Program-made: the position numbers and the translations under genes
Part shown: positions 28,268-41,524 of the stretch, one piece after another
Layout of the letters: every line of letters begins with the position of its first letter
Position numbering within the stretch: the stretch's first letter is position 1
Assembly: GCA_046542715.1 (NCBI GenBank)
Contig: JBKHAV010000002.1
Coordinates: 5,396-69,395 of the forward strand
From: Desulfovibrionales bacterium
GTDB taxonomy: Bacteria > Desulfobacterota > Desulfovibrionia > Desulfovibrionales > JBKHAV01
Direction of reading: 5' to 3'
Length of the DNA stretch: 64,000 nucleotides
The notes under the pieces: generated by a model
Databases searched by the model: none
What the model was told of the DNA's origin: nothing
The model's input: the letters and a program-made list of their open reading frames with translations, nothing else

Positions 28268-28706
28268 TTGCATCCGAAGTGTTGCCACGCTGCTCTTTTT
28301 GAGCTGCCTGCTGCTTCCTGCATGCGGCAAAAAAATATGGCCCGAACCGCAGCTTGCAGAAGACAAATTCCGATTCGAATCGGTGCAGGCCTTTTCTCTG
28401 GAAGGATGTCTCACAACCTCCGCCTTTGTTTCCGGCCGCTTTGAAAACCTTGACACCGTCTTTCTCGAGCTGGAATATGCAGGCGACGACGTATGCCCCG
28501 GATGTCCATTCACCCCAAGTCGAGTCCTGACCTTCAACCCCTATGAAAGCCGGGTCCACATGGAAGGGCCGCAGCTTCGCATCACCCTCTGCAGTGCCGC
28601 GGCTCAAGATGTTTTGCGCATTCGCCTGCGTGGAACAAACATCTACGGCACGCTGCAGGAGACCGCATCGGAACCGGTCCGTGTTCGACAAACCGAGAGG
28701 AGATGA
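28251..28706 (+). CDS. Lipoprotein (LptM/YifL-like N-terminus, extended C-domain) upstream of lysA
   Basis: Lipobox LLLPACGKKIWPEP. Overlaps the mutS 3' end by 17 nt. Its stop is adjacent to the lysA ATG. Confidence 0.65.
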   Translation: MRTRTDCIRSVATLLFLSCLLLPACGKKIWPEPQLAEDKFRFESVQAFSLEGCLTTSAFVSGRFENLDTVFLELEYAGDDVCPGCPFTPSRVLTFNPYESRVHMEGPQLRITLCSAAAQDVLRIRLRGTNIYGTLQETASEPVRVRQTERR

Positions 28707-28707
28707 C

Positions 28708-29955
28708 ATGCATTTTTTTGAATACAGAAACAAAGAACTCTGGGCTGAAGGGACAAAGGTCAGCGACCTGGTCGCCCGTTACGATACCCCCTTGTACATT
28801 TATTCGGCCAAAACCCTGACCCGTCATTTCCAGGCCTTTGACACCGCCTTCGATGGTCTTGACCATCTGACCTGCTACTCGGTCAAAGCCAACTCCAATC
28901 TGAGCGTCCTCAAGCTCCTGGGAAGCCTTGGCGCCGGAATGGACATCGTGTCCGGAGGCGAGCTCTACCGGGCTCTGCAAGCGGGTATCGATCCGCAAAA
29001 GATCGTGTATTCCGGTGTGGGCAAGCGAAGCCATGAGATCGAGGAGGCCCTTGATGCTGGAATTCTCATGTTCAATGTGGAGTCCACCCAGGAGCTGAAG
29101 CGGATCAATGCGATCGCGGACAAACGAAACACCGTGGCCCGGGTATCCCTGCGCATCAATCCGGACGTGGACCCCAAAACCCATCCCTACATCTCCACAG
29201 GACTGGAGAAGAACAAGTTCGGGCTGGACATTGAGACCTCGATCAACGTTTATGAAATGGCCAGGGACATGCCTGCAGTGGATCCCATTGGCATCGACTG
29301 CCACATCGGCTCCCAGCTCACCAGCATCGACCCGTTTCTGGAGGCTTTGAACCGTATTCTGGATTTTCACGACAGACTTGTGGGGATGGGCATCACGATC
29401 GAGTATCTGGATCTCGGAGGTGGTCTCGGGATCACCTATGATGAAGAGGAACCGCCCCACCCTGCGGAATTCGGACAGGCCCTGACCGAAAAGCTGGCAG
29501 GAAGAAATCTCAAGCTGATTTTCGAGCCCGGCCGGGTCATTGCCGGCAACGCCGGCATCCTGGTCACCAAGGTGCTGTACACCAAAAAGACCAGGAGCAA
29601 GGATTTTGTGATCGTGGACGCGGCCATGAACGATCTGGTCCGTCCTTCCCTGTACAAATCTTTTCACCGCATTGCCGAGGTCACCCCCCGGGGGCGGGAG
29701 ACCCTGAACGTGGATGTGGTCGGCCCGATCTGTGAAAGCGGGGATTTCCTGGCCCAGGACCGGGACCTTCCCGCAGTGGAACAGGAAGAGCTTTTGGCCG
29801 TCTTTTCCGCAGGCGCCTACGGCTTCACCATGTCCTCCCAGTACAACACCCGACCACGGGCGTGCGAACTCCTTGTGGACGATACCAGGGTGACCGTGGC
29901 CCGCCGACGGGAGACCTACGACGACTTGATCCGGTTGGAAAAAGATCAGGGTTGA
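28708..29955 (+). CDS. lysA: Diaminopimelate decarboxylase
   Basis: ATG at 28708 after GAGAGGAG. YSVKANSN (PLP Lys), GGGLGI, CESGD. Confidence 0.95.
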   Translation: MHFFEYRNKELWAEGTKVSDLVARYDTPLYIYSAKTLTRHFQAFDTAFDGLDHLTCYSVKANSNLSVLKLLGSLGAGMDIVSGGELYRALQAGIDPQKIVYSGVGKRSHEIEEALDAGILMFNVESTQELKRINAIADKRNTVARVSLRINPDVDPKTHPYISTGLEKNKFGLDIETSINVYEMARDMPAVDPIGIDCHIGSQLTSIDPFLEALNRILDFHDRLVGMGITIEYLDLGGGLGITYDEEEPPHPAEFGQALTEKLAGRNLKLIFEPGRVIAGNAGILVTKVLYTKKTRSKDFVIVDAAMNDLVRPSLYKSFHRIAEVTPRGRETLNVDVVGPICESGDFLAQDRDLPAVEQEELLAVFSAGAYGFTMSSQYNTRPRACELLVDDTRVTVARRRETYDDLIRLEKDQG

Positions 29956-29982
29956 TTCAGGACCAGGCAAAGCTTCTCAATG

Positions 29983-30009
29983 AAAAGGGCGGCTCCAAGC
30001 CGCCCTTTT
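29983..30009. terminator. Bidirectional rho-independent terminator between lysA and dapB
   Basis: AAAAGGGCGGC-tccaa-GCCGCCCTTTT. Confidence 0.85.
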
Positions 30010-30094
30010 CATTGGACTCGGTTCCGTTGCACCGTTTTTCTGGATGATGCGCTGAACCGGGAAAGAGATGTCCTGGGAAGTGCCCGCCAGGAAC

Positions 30095-30876
30095 TTACGT
30101 GAGCATGTCGGACATGCCATAGAGCCTGCCCGGCTTCTGACCCGCTATCCACTTGGCTGCCCGCAGCGCGCCCTGGGCAAAGGTCTCCCGGGAATGGGCA
30201 CGGTGCGTCACCTCGATGCGCTCCCCCGGGCCGAAGAAATAGACGGTGTGATCTCCGACAACGTCACCGCCGCGCAGGGTCTGCACGCCGATTTCCTTCT
30301 CGGGCCGCTCGCCGATGATCCCTTGCCGGCAATACTGTTTTGCCTGATCGAACGGCCATCCCTTGGCATCGGCCAGGACCTGGGCCAGCTTCACTGCGGT
30401 GCCGCTGGGCGCATCCTTTTTGAACTTGTGATGGATTTCAGATATTTCGACATCATAGGCTTCGCCCAGAAGCTCGACCAGTCTGGGCAGGAGCTGAGCC
30501 AGAACATTGATGCCCACGCTCATGTTCGGAGCAAAAAACAGAGGCACGTCCCGGGCGCTTTCGGCAAGAATGTCCTGCTGCTGCTGATCCAGTCCGGTGG
30601 TGCCGACAATCGCGGGATTGCCGTATTCCCTGGCCTTGAGCGCGGTCTGCACCGACACCTCCGGCACGGTGAAGTCAATGATGACCCCGCCGGGGACCTT
30701 GGGCAGAATTTCCTCGAGATTGGTGCCGACCAGGCACTCGTACTGCTTCAGGGCCTGTTCGTATCCGGACCGTTCCACCACTGCGGCCAGATTGAGTTCA
30801 GGATCCTGCCTGCACAGTTCGCACAGCGTCTTGCCCATGCGACCCAGCGCTCCGATGATGATGGTTTGCGTTGCCA

Positions 30877-30877
<1 letters not shown>
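30095..30877 (-). CDS. dapB: 4-hydroxy-tetrahydrodipicolinate reductase
   Basis: IIGALGRMG N-terminus. EIHHKFKKDAPSGTA motif. The start overlaps the ligA stop (TAATG). Confidence 0.95.
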
Positions 30878-33153
<2,276 letters not shown>

Positions 33154-33259
33154 TTACGTACAAGATTTCCTGACCGATCTGAAGGGTTCCTTTCTGCCGC
33201 CCTCCACCATGGGGCGAGCTGGAGGACGGATTCGGGCATATGCCTTGACCATGTCCTGA

Positions 33260-35263
33260 TCAGGACATCTCGAGCAGCACCTCGCGAAGGTGGAGCATCT
33301 TGTCTCTGAGCCCGGCCGCTTTTTCAAAGGCGAGTTCGCCGGCTGCTGCGCGCATCTCTTTTTCAAGTCGCCTGATCTCCTGTTGCAGCATTTTCGGATC
33401 TCCGTATGCAGCAGCCTCTTCAGCGAAATGGTTCCACGTGTTCTTTGCGCCGCCGTCTGGACTCAACGCAGACAGAACATTGACCGAGTCCTTGATGATG
33501 GTCATGGGCTCGATTCCATGTTCCAGGTTGTAGGTCTCCTGGATCTCCCGGCGCCGTTCGGTCTCCTCGATGGCATCGTGCATGGAGCCGGTCACCCGGT
33601 CGGCATACAGAACGACTTCCCCGGCGACGTTGCGCGCGGCACGGCCGAACGTCTGAATCAGCGAACGGGTCGAGCGCAAAAATCCTTCCTTGTCCGCGTC
33701 CAGAATGGCCACCAGGGAGACCTCCGGGAGGTCCAGCCCTTCCCGGAGAAGATTGATGCCCACAAGGACATGAAACTCTCCCTGCCTGAGGGCCTGGAGA
33801 ATGGCCACCCGCTCCAGAGTGTCGATATCGGAATGCAGATACCGGGCAGTGACCCCCATGGAATTCAGATATTCGGTCAGATCCTCGGCCAGTCGTTTGG
33901 TCAGGGTTGTGACCAGAACCCTTTCATCCCGCTGCATGCGCTTTTTACATTCGGTGAGCAGGTCGTCAACCTGGGTGTTTGTCGGTCTGACTGAGATCCT
34001 GGGGTCGACAAGTCCGGTGGGCCTGATGATCTGCTCCACCACCACTCCTTCCGAACGCTCGATTTCCCAGGGCCCGGGGGTGGCGGACACGTAGACGACC
34101 TGATTGAGCCGCTCCTGGAACTCGTCAAAGGAGAGCGGCCGATTGTCCAGGGCGGAAGGAAGCCTGAATCCGTAATCCACCAGGTTCTGCTTCCGGGAGC
34201 GGTCCCCGTTGAACATGCCGCCGACCTGGGGGATGGAGATGTGGGATTCATCCATGAAGAGGAGAAAATCATCCGGAAAATAGTCCAGGAGACAGGATGG
34301 AGGCTGGCCTTGGGTCCGTCCGTCCAGGTGGCGGGAATAGTTCTCGATGCCGTTGCAGTATCCGAACTCCTCGATCATTTCCAGATCGAGCTGGGTGCGC
34401 TGTTCCACCCGCTGTGCTTCCACAAGCATGTTCCTGTCTTGGAACCAGACGAGGCGTTCATGAAGCTCGTCGCGGATATCGGCGATGGCGCGTCGCAGGT
34501 TGTCCCTGTCGGAGACATAATGGCTTCCGGGAAAAATGAGCGTCTTGTCCAGCCGGGACTTGACTTCACCGGTCAGGGGGTCGGTTTCAAAGATGGAGTC
34601 GATTTCGTCGCCAAAAAATTCCATGCGCAGGGCGAGCTTGTGCCGGTAGGCAGGGATGATCTCCAGCACATCCCCCCTGACCCGGAACGTCCCGCGATGA
34701 AAATCGTAGTCGTTTCGTTCGTAATGGACCTCCACCAGCCGATCCATGAGGGAGTCCATGGTCATCCTGTCACCCTGCTGCACCGGGATGACCATCTTGC
34801 GGTAAAAATCCGGTGACCCGAGTCCGTAGATACAGGAGACCGAGGCCACGATGACCACGTCGCGCCTGGTGAGCAGGGCATGGGTTGCGGAGTGCCGGAG
34901 CTTGTCGATTTCGTCGTTGATGGAAGAGTCTTTTTCAATGTAAAGATCGGTTTGCGGCAGATACGCCTCCGGCTGATAATAATCGTAATAACTGACAAAG
35001 TACTCCACCGCATTCTGCGGGAACAGGGATTTGAACTCGTTGTACAGCTGTGCGGCCAGTGTTTTATTCGGAGCCATGACCAGGGCCGGCTTCTGTGTCC
35101 GTTCGATCAAGTTGGCCATGGTGAAGGTCTTTCCGGATCCAGTCACGCCCAGCAGAACCTGATTGGCGACCCCCTGCTCGACGTTCCTGGAAAGCTGCTC
35201 GATTGCAGCGGGCTGATCCCCGGTCGGGGAAAACGATGAATTCAAAATGAATTTTTCCTGCAT
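33260..35263 (-). CDS. uvrB: Excinuclease ABC subunit B
   Basis: GVTGSGKT Walker A, DESH box, C-terminal UVR domain. Confidence 0.95.
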   Translation of the reverse strand: MQEKFILNSSFSPTGDQPAAIEQLSRNVEQGVANQVLLGVTGSGKTFTMANLIERTQKPALVMAPNKTLAAQLYNEFKSLFPQNAVEYFVSYYDYYQPEAYLPQTDLYIEKDSSINDEIDKLRHSATHALLTRRDVVIVASVSCIYGLGSPDFYRKMVIPVQQGDRMTMDSLMDRLVEVHYERNDYDFHRGTFRVRGDVLEIIPAYRHKLALRMEFFGDEIDSIFETDPLTGEVKSRLDKTLIFPGSHYVSDRDNLRRAIADIRDELHERLVWFQDRNMLVEAQRVEQRTQLDLEMIEEFGYCNGIENYSRHLDGRTQGQPPSCLLDYFPDDFLLFMDESHISIPQVGGMFNGDRSRKQNLVDYGFRLPSALDNRPLSFDEFQERLNQVVYVSATPGPWEIERSEGVVVEQIIRPTGLVDPRISVRPTNTQVDDLLTECKKRMQRDERVLVTTLTKRLAEDLTEYLNSMGVTARYLHSDIDTLERVAILQALRQGEFHVLVGINLLREGLDLPEVSLVAILDADKEGFLRSTRSLIQTFGRAARNVAGEVVLYADRVTGSMHDAIEETERRREIQETYNLEHGIEPMTIIKDSVNVLSALSPDGGAKNTWNHFAEEAAAYGDPKMLQQEIRRLEKEMRAAAGELAFEKAAGLRDKMLHLREVLLEMS

Positions 35264-35433
35264 AATCCTGTATCTCGATGCCTCTTTTTAACTCCAAACA
35301 CGAACGCTCTCAACAGACGGGAAATGATCATACCCTTACAATTTGCCCCAGTCCGGAGTTGTCATTCCGGGCTCAACCGGACATACTCCCACCACTTCCA
35401 GGATGATCACGAAAACGCAGCCAGGAGGCCCAA

Positions 35434-35916
35434 ATGGAAATTCGTGTGAACACGCCGGAGACGGCCCCTCCGGTGGAACGCTCCCATGTCCTGACTATGG
35501 TCATCAAAAGTTTCAAGGGACGGCGGGATGTGGACGTCCACCTCTTCAGAACAGACTGGGACGAATCCGAGAAGGGTTCGATTCCCTGGGAGAATGTCCT
35601 GGAGAGGAAAGGAGATAAGGAGGAACTGGACAAAAGCAAGCGTTTCCTCATGGAAGCGTTCACAGCTTCTGAGCGGGACAGACTGATCGAGTACCTGAAG
35701 AGCCATTACAGCGAGCGGCTTTCGTCCCTTACGGCGACGCCCCTGGTCTTTCCCATTCCCTCCGGGATCACTCCCTTGTCCGAGGTCGCTCTAGGGGAGG
35801 ATATCGGGGTGATTCGATTTGAAAAGATTCCCCATTTCGATCTCCCCTTCACCGTGCACGGCCTTTTCGATCTGAGTCGTCACAAGCCCATGGTGGACAT
35901 GATCGGGGACGCATAA
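35434..35916 (+). CDS. Hypothetical cytoplasmic protein (160 aa), no family recognised
   Basis: Strong AGGAGG RBS. Its stop is 6 nt before the GT9 gene start. Confidence 0.6.
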   Translation: MEIRVNTPETAPPVERSHVLTMVIKSFKGRRDVDVHLFRTDWDESEKGSIPWENVLERKGDKEELDKSKRFLMEAFTASERDRLIEYLKSHYSERLSSLTATPLVFPIPSGITPLSEVALGEDIGVIRFEKIPHFDLPFTVHGLFDLSRHKPMVDMIGDA

Positions 35917-35922
35917 CTGACC

Positions 35923-36954
35923 ATGGTCACACCTTCCCTCGCAAAGGTCCGAAAGATCCTGGTCTGTCAGCAGCGGCAGATTGGAGATGTGGTCCTCGCC
36001 ATCCCGGTCATCGACCTTCTGGCACAGCGATTTCCGGATGCGGCAATCCATTTTTTCACTGAAAAAAAATGCGCACCCATTCTGGAAAACCACCCGGCCC
36101 TTGACAGGATCTGGACCCTGGACAAGAGCGCCACGTTTTCAGGGCAGCTCGGGCTTTATGCCGCTCTTGGCAGGCAGCGGTTCGATCTCGTGGTCGATTT
36201 GCAGCAACTGCCCCGGTGCCGATTCGTGACCCTGTTCTCTTTAAGCCCTCTCCGGCTCTCCTACACACCCAGGTGGTACAACCGGTTGCTCTATAACCTC
36301 CACGCCGACCCCGAACCAGGGTATGCGGCACAGAGCAAAGCTTCCATCCTTGCGCCGCTGGGTATCACTTGGAATGGCGAGTTGCCCCGAATCCACCTCC
36401 GTGAGCAGGAGCAGGACCGGGCAGTGAGCTATATGCTGAAACTGGGAGTGGGGCCCGAAGATATGTTCATCACGGTAGACCCGACCCACAAAAGGGTGAC
36501 CAGGCGCTGGCCCCCGCATCATTTCAGCACGCTGCTCCGAATGGCTTCAGACAGATGGCCGCAGGCCAAGTTTCTGGTCCTGTTCGGGCCCGGGGAAGCT
36601 CAGGAAGTCAGAGGAATCGTTCAGGCAAGCGGTTCCACCCGCTGCCTGCTTCCGGACAGGGTTCTCTCGCTGCGGGAATCAGCGGCCCTCATGCAAAAGG
36701 CCCGGCTGCACCTGGGCACCTGCTCCGCACCACGGCACATTGCCGCGGCCGTGGGCACCCCTACGCTGACCATCATGGGGTCGACCACTCCGGACTCCTG
36801 GACATGCCCGAGCGGTCCCCATGACGTTGCGGTTTTTGACCTGGAGTGCAGGCCCTGCAACCGGGACCAGTGCGACACCCTGAGGTGCCTTGAACATCTT
36901 GAGCCTGAGAAGGTGCTTGAGAAGATGGGAAAAATGCTGATTGATCAGGGGTGA
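35923..36954 (+). CDS. Glycosyltransferase family 9 (LPS heptosyltransferase-like)
   Basis: KILVCQQRQIGDVVLAIP N-terminus, typical of GT9 (RfaF/RfaC family). Confidence 0.85.
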   Translation: MVTPSLAKVRKILVCQQRQIGDVVLAIPVIDLLAQRFPDAAIHFFTEKKCAPILENHPALDRIWTLDKSATFSGQLGLYAALGRQRFDLVVDLQQLPRCRFVTLFSLSPLRLSYTPRWYNRLLYNLHADPEPGYAAQSKASILAPLGITWNGELPRIHLREQEQDRAVSYMLKLGVGPEDMFITVDPTHKRVTRRWPPHHFSTLLRMASDRWPQAKFLVLFGPGEAQEVRGIVQASGSTRCLLPDRVLSLRESAALMQKARLHLGTCSAPRHIAAAVGTPTLTIMGSTTPDSWTCPSGPHDVAVFDLECRPCNRDQCDTLRCLEHLEPEKVLEKMGKMLIDQG

Positions 36955-36978
36955 TTTTCAGCAACGCAATCGTTTCGT

Positions 36979-37683
36979 TCAGGCAACCGTGTCGAGCCTT
37001 GACTCTTCCGGACTGTCCCAGTGAGGCACTCCGGAACGCACTGCCTCCTGCAAACGGTACAGGAACTCCCTTCTGGGAATTTCCCTCACGCCGTACCGCT
37101 GCAAATTCGCGCTCTGCTGCTGGCAATCCATAAAGGAATAGCCTTTCGTCCCAAGAAGCCGGACCAGGTGTACGAATCCGACCTTTGAAGCGTTCGTCAC
37201 CGTATGGAACATGGATTCGCCGAAAAACGCCCTGCCCAGGGACACCCCATAGATGCCCCCGACCAGCTCGCCTTCAGCCCAGACCTCGACCGAGTGCGCG
37301 AATCCGGCACGGTGGAGCTCCTCATAAGCGCTCACCATTTCCGGGACGAGCCAGGTGCCGTCGGCGCCCTCGCGGGGAACTGACGCGCAGGACCGGATCA
37401 CGCCGGCAAAGTCGTGATCCACAGTCACGGAAAAGCGCTCTTTGTTGAGCACACGGCGCAAACTTTTGGGAATATGGAGTTCCCGGGGCTCGATGATGGG
37501 CCGGGGATCAGGGGACCACCAGAGGATAGGGGTATCTTCCGTGTACCAGGGGAAGATGCCCATGGAGTAGGCGGCGACCAGCCGTTTCACGGACAGGTCG
37601 CCGCCCAGTGCAAGCAATCCGACAGGTTCGGACGTTTCAGGATCAGGAAAGACCGGATCGTCGCTCAGGAAATACACCGACAC
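36979..37683 (-). CDS. aat: Leucyl/phenylalanyl-tRNA--protein transferase
   Basis: AYSMGIFPWY...ILWWSPDPR...GESMFH. Confidence 0.9.
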   Translation of the reverse strand: MSVYFLSDDPVFPDPETSEPVGLLALGGDLSVKRLVAAYSMGIFPWYTEDTPILWWSPDPRPIIEPRELHIPKSLRRVLNKERFSVTVDHDFAGVIRSCASVPREGADGTWLVPEMVSAYEELHRAGFAHSVEVWAEGELVGGIYGVSLGRAFFGESMFHTVTNASKVGFVHLVRLLGTKGYSFMDCQQQSANLQRYGVREIPRREFLYRLQEAVRSGVPHWDSPEESRLDTVA

Positions 37684-37694
37684 AACACGAGGAC

Positions 37695-39962
37695 CTAACT
37701 GACCTTCTCCGGATACTCGAAGAGCAGCGGAGACTGATCCTCACCGAGTTTCTCCTCCCAGTCCTTATCAACATCAATGCGCACGGTCCCGCCGTCCTTG
37801 AGCTTGCCAAAGAGCACCTCCTCGGACAGCGCATCCTTGATTTCCCGTTGAATGACGCGGGAAAGGGGGCGCGCACCGTAGTTGGGATCGTACCCCTTCT
37901 TGGCCAGGTAGGCCCGGGCGGATTCGCTCAGGACTACTTCTATCTTGCGTTCCTGCATCTGCCGGTTCAGCTCGTCCACGAACTTGTCCACCACCTTTTC
38001 CATGACGGACTGATCCAGAGCGTGGAACTGGATAATGGCGTCGAGGCGGTTGCGGAACTCCGGGCTGAATATCTTTTCCACAGCGCCGATGGCTTTGTCC
38101 GAGGTGTCCTCGGCCTTTTTGGCTCCGAACCCGATATTTGCGACACTCATCTCCCTGGCCCCGGCATTGGAGGTCATGAGCAGGATCACGTGCCTGAAGT
38201 CTGCTTTGCGGCCCGTATTGTCGGTGAGTGTGGCGTAATCCATGATCTGCAGCAGGATATTGTACATATCTGGATGGGCCTTTTCGATTTCGTCCAGCAG
38301 CAGGACGCAATGCGGGTTCTTGCGAACCCCGTCGGTCAGCAGGCCGCCCTGATCAAACCCCACATACCCAGGAGGCGCCCCGATCAGCCGGGCCACCGCA
38401 TGCTTTTCCATGTATTCGCTCATGTCAAAGCGCATGAACTGGATGCCGAGAGTGGAGGCCAGCTGCTTGGCCAGCTCGGTTTTGCCCACGCCGGTAGGGC
38501 CGATGAGCAGGAAGCTGCCTCCAGGCTTGCCTTCCTCACGCAATCCTGCCCGAGACCGCTTGATGGCCTTGGTCATGGACTCTACAGCCTGATCCTGACC
38601 GAAAACCACGTTTTTGAGATCCCCTTCCAGGCTCATGAGCCGTTCCCGGTCATCAGCCGTGATCTGCCGGGCAGGGATACGGGCCATGCAGGCGATGATC
38701 CGCTCGATGTCCGAGGGGATGATCTGCTTGCGCCGCTTGGACGGGGGCAGAAGCTGAATCTGAGCCCCGGCTTCGTCCAGCACGTCAATGGCCTTGTCCG
38801 GCAGGAACCGGTCGTTGATGTGCCGGGCGGAAAGTTCCACGGCCGTGCGCAGGGCCGAAGGCGTATACTTGACGTCGTGATACTCCTCGTAAAACGACCG
38901 CAGGCCGGTCAGGATCTTCACGCAGTCCTCGACCGTGGGCTCGGTCACGTCGATTTTTTGAAATCGCCGGGAAAGAGCCCGGTCCTTTTCGAAATGGTTC
39001 TTGAACTCTTCATAGGTGGTGGAACCGATGCACCGAATTTCACCGGCGGCAAGCACGGGTTTCAGGAGGTTGGATGCATCCATGGTTCCGCTGCTGGTCG
39101 CTCCGGCACCGACAATCGTATGGATCTCATCGATGAACAGGATCGAATTCTCGACCTCTTTGAGTTCGTTGATCACCCCTTTCAACCGGGCCTCGAAATC
39201 GCCCCGGTACTTGGTTCCTGCCAGGAGTGAGCCCATGTCCAGTGCAAAAATCTTGGTATCCTTGAAATGGCCGGGGACCTCCTCCTTGGCGATCTTCAGC
39301 GCCAGCCCTTCGGCCAGGGCGGTCTTGCCCACACCGGGGTCGCCCACATAGATGGGATTGTTCTTCCGGCGACGGGAGAGGACCTGCAGGGTCCGTCCGA
39401 TTTCCGACTCCCGCCCGATGATCGGATCGATTTTCCCGGCTCTGGCCCGCTCGACCAGATCCACGGTGTATTTGGCCAGAAACCCGTCTTTTTTGGTTTC
39501 CTTCGCGTCCACAGCCTGCTCTCCTTCCGAACTTCCGGAAGATCCGTGGGAGATGAAGGTCAGTACATCAAGCCTGGTGCATCCTTGCGACCGCAGATAG
39601 TACACGGCAAAGGAATCCTCCTCCTCGAACATGGAGGCCAGCACGTCGCCGACGTCGACAGCTTCCTTCCCGGCGGACTGCATGTGCATGATGGCCCGCT
39701 GAAAAACCCGCTGCACGCCGACTGTCTGGATGATTTCCTTGTGTTCCTTTTCAGGAAAGACCTGGAGGTGCTCGATGAAAAACCGCTCCAGCTGACCCTT
39801 CAGCTTGGTGATATCGACCCCGCAATTGAGAAGGAGTTCCTTGCTCGCGTTATCGAGAAGATACGCATACAGGAGATGCTCCAGCGTGAGATATTCGTGA
39901 TGCCGATCTTTGACCTCACGCACCGCATGGGACATTATTCGTTCTAAGTCCTTACTTAACAT
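37695..39962 (-). CDS. clpA: ATP-dependent Clp protease ATP-binding subunit ClpA
   Basis: Clp-N repeats. Two AAA+ modules ([16 protein letters not shown]). Confidence 0.95.
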   Translation of the reverse strand: MLSKDLERIMSHAVREVKDRHHEYLTLEHLLYAYLLDNASKELLLNCGVDITKLKGQLERFFIEHLQVFPEKEHKEIIQTVGVQRVFQRAIMHMQSAGKEAVDVGDVLASMFEEEDSFAVYYLRSQGCTRLDVLTFISHGSSGSSEGEQAVDAKETKKDGFLAKYTVDLVERARAGKIDPIIGRESEIGRTLQVLSRRRKNNPIYVGDPGVGKTALAEGLALKIAKEEVPGHFKDTKIFALDMGSLLAGTKYRGDFEARLKGVINELKEVENSILFIDEIHTIVGAGATSSGTMDASNLLKPVLAAGEIRCIGSTTYEEFKNHFEKDRALSRRFQKIDVTEPTVEDCVKILTGLRSFYEEYHDVKYTPSALRTAVELSARHINDRFLPDKAIDVLDEAGAQIQLLPPSKRRKQIIPSDIERIIACMARIPARQITADDRERLMSLEGDLKNVVFGQDQAVESMTKAIKRSRAGLREEGKPGGSFLLIGPTGVGKTELAKQLASTLGIQFMRFDMSEYMEKHAVARLIGAPPGYVGFDQGGLLTDGVRKNPHCVLLLDEIEKAHPDMYNILLQIMDYATLTDNTGRKADFRHVILLMTSNAGAREMSVANIGFGAKKAEDTSDKAIGAVEKIFSPEFRNRLDAIIQFHALDQSVMEKVVDKFVDELNRQMQERKIEVVLSESARAYLAKKGYDPNYGARPLSRVIQREIKDALSEEVLFGKLKDGGTVRIDVDKDWEEKLGEDQSPLLFEYPEKVS

Positions 39963-40271
39963 CTAAACCTCTTCCATGGTGCATTTGAGGGGATATCCCC
40001 TTTTCCGGGCCTCATGGTTGACGACGGACACTTTCGTTTCAGCGACTTCTGCGGTGTAAATCCCGCAGATTCCTACACCATTTCTATGCACATTGAGCAT
40101 AACCAAAGTAGCTTCAGCCTCATTCATGCCGAAAAACACGATGAGAATTTCAATGACGAATTCCATTGTAGTGTAATCGTCATTATGAAGCAAAACCTTG
40201 TACCGTTTGGGACGCTTGGACTGCTGCTCGATTTCCCGTTTGGTTTCAAAATCAAAACCGGGTTTGCCCAT
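39963..40271 (-). CDS. clpS: ATP-dependent Clp protease adaptor ClpS
   Basis: ATG at complement of 40269-40271 after GAAGGAG. YKVLLHNDDYTTMEFV motif. Confidence 0.9.
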   Translation of the reverse strand: MGKPGFDFETKREIEQQSKRPKRYKVLLHNDDYTTMEFVIEILIVFFGMNEAEATLVMLNVHRNGVGICGIYTAEVAETKVSVVNHEARKRGYPLKCTMEEV

Positions 40272-40379
40272 TCCTGCTCCTTCGACTGTTCGGCTCGAGT
40301 TCTCATAATATAAGGTGCACAACCGTGTTGACCAGAGCACAGAGCGGCAAAAAGTCAAAATGGTTTCCTGCCGGATTGT

Positions 40380-40973
40380 TCATCGACCCGCTCTGGCCTT
40401 CAGTCGCATCCGCTCCTCTATGCCAAAAACAAAACTCTCCTGAAAAGGCAATCCATTGCTCTGGAGGTATTCCTGGTGCAATTGATAGTAACTCTTCGGG
40501 GATCCCCCTGAGGGGTCGAGACCGAGCAATCGGCAACATTCAAAAATAGTACCAGGGCGCCCTTCTATTTCCACGAACTCGCCGAATGGCAATATATCCA
40601 GGCAAATATGACATTCACCAAGGAACCAGATCTCACGAAACTTCTCGTAACGGAAAACCGGACAGAACCCCAGAAATGTCAGTATTTCCTGAAGCGCTTG
40701 AAAATTTTCGACTTCGGTTTCGATCTCTTCCCTTTCCTTGAATTGTGCTCCCCCATCCTGCCGCTCCGGTGCCCGCTTCACGGTAAGCAGGTTTCGCCTG
40801 CCTTTGCGCAGGCGCAACAGGATCTCCTTGGCGTTGAGATCCCTTTGCGGCGTATCATAGACGACATTTTCCTCGAAATACATCTCGCCCTGCCGGGCGT
40901 TCAACCGGTCGAGATTTTTTCGCAATGCGTCAAAAGATACGCCGCTGAATTTTGTTTCCTGCTCCAGATGCAT
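40380..40973 (-). CDS. CYTH-domain protein (class IV adenylate cyclase / triphosphatase family)
   Basis: N-terminal ExExK signature (LEQETKF). Size and secondary motifs match the CyaB/ThTPase fold. Confidence 0.75.
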   Translation of the reverse strand: MHLEQETKFSGVSFDALRKNLDRLNARQGEMYFEENVVYDTPQRDLNAKEILLRLRKGRRNLLTVKRAPERQDGGAQFKEREEIETEVENFQALQEILTFLGFCPVFRYEKFREIWFLGECHICLDILPFGEFVEIEGRPGTIFECCRLLGLDPSGGSPKSYYQLHQEYLQSNGLPFQESFVFGIEERMRLKARAGR

Positions 40974-41114
40974 GAAATTCCTTTGGTAATGAAATCATAA
41001 ACACTGGCACATCAAACCGCAATCCTTTACGGTTCCCCGCATAAGAGCTTTTGGTCAGGGAATTCCTTGAAGGAGAAGCTGCGCTCTTGTTCCAGGAGCA
41101 GAGGAATCGTGGTG

Positions 41115-41492
41115 ATGCTCACAACACTTGTCTGGATTATGTTTGCCGGAGGGTTCGGAGCCCTCTCCCGATATCTGCTCGCCGGTCTCGTGCACAGGTT
41201 CTGGGCAACGAGTTTTCCCGTGGGCACGTTTGTGGTCAACATGGTTGGATGCCTCCTTTTCGGCCTGATCTGGACCCTTGCCGAGGAGCGCTTCCTTCTC
41301 GATTCACAGACCCGGATCATCGTTTTCACCGGATTTCTGGGCGCATTCACCACCTTTTCAACCTTTATTTTTGAATCAGGCTCGCTCCTGCGTTACGATC
41401 AATTCGTCTTTGCAATGATCAATATTGTGGGCCAGAACGTCATCGGACTGGTTTTCCTGCTTGTGGGAATCGCCCTGGCCCGTCTCTTCTGA
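41115..41492 (+). CDS. crcB: Fluoride ion channel CrcB/FluC
   Basis: GGFGALSRY, VNMVGCLLFG, GFLGAFTTFSTF. Start is ATG 41115 or the adjacent GTG. Confidence 0.9.
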   Translation: MLTTLVWIMFAGGFGALSRYLLAGLVHRFWATSFPVGTFVVNMVGCLLFGLIWTLAEERFLLDSQTRIIVFTGFLGAFTTFSTFIFESGSLLRYDQFVFAMINIVGQNVIGLVFLLVGIALARLF

Positions 41493-41524
41493 ACCCTTCA
41501 GCGCCGGACAAGGGGGGATTTCCA

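Noticed and set aside
28582-29970. 462-aa minus-strand ORF.
   Set aside because: Antisense shadow of lysA.
37608-39230. 540-aa plus-strand ORF.
   Set aside because: It lies fully inside clpA on the opposite strand. ClpA motifs are unambiguous, and the plus-frame product is low-information (G/L/V/H/D/Q-rich).
41005-41020. Sigma-54 promoter-like TGGCAC near the crcB leader. Other TGGCA occurrences, such as 4565, were also checked.
   Set aside because: The GG-to-GC spacing is off by one, or the -12 GC is missing. I could not verify any element matching TGGCAC-N5-TTGC in an intergenic region.
40974-41114. Fluoride (crcB-motif) riboswitch upstream of crcB.
   Set aside because: I could not find the conserved GGCGATGG / AAACGC / CTAATGA..CCT elements by eye. 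It needs an Infernal scan to be definitive.
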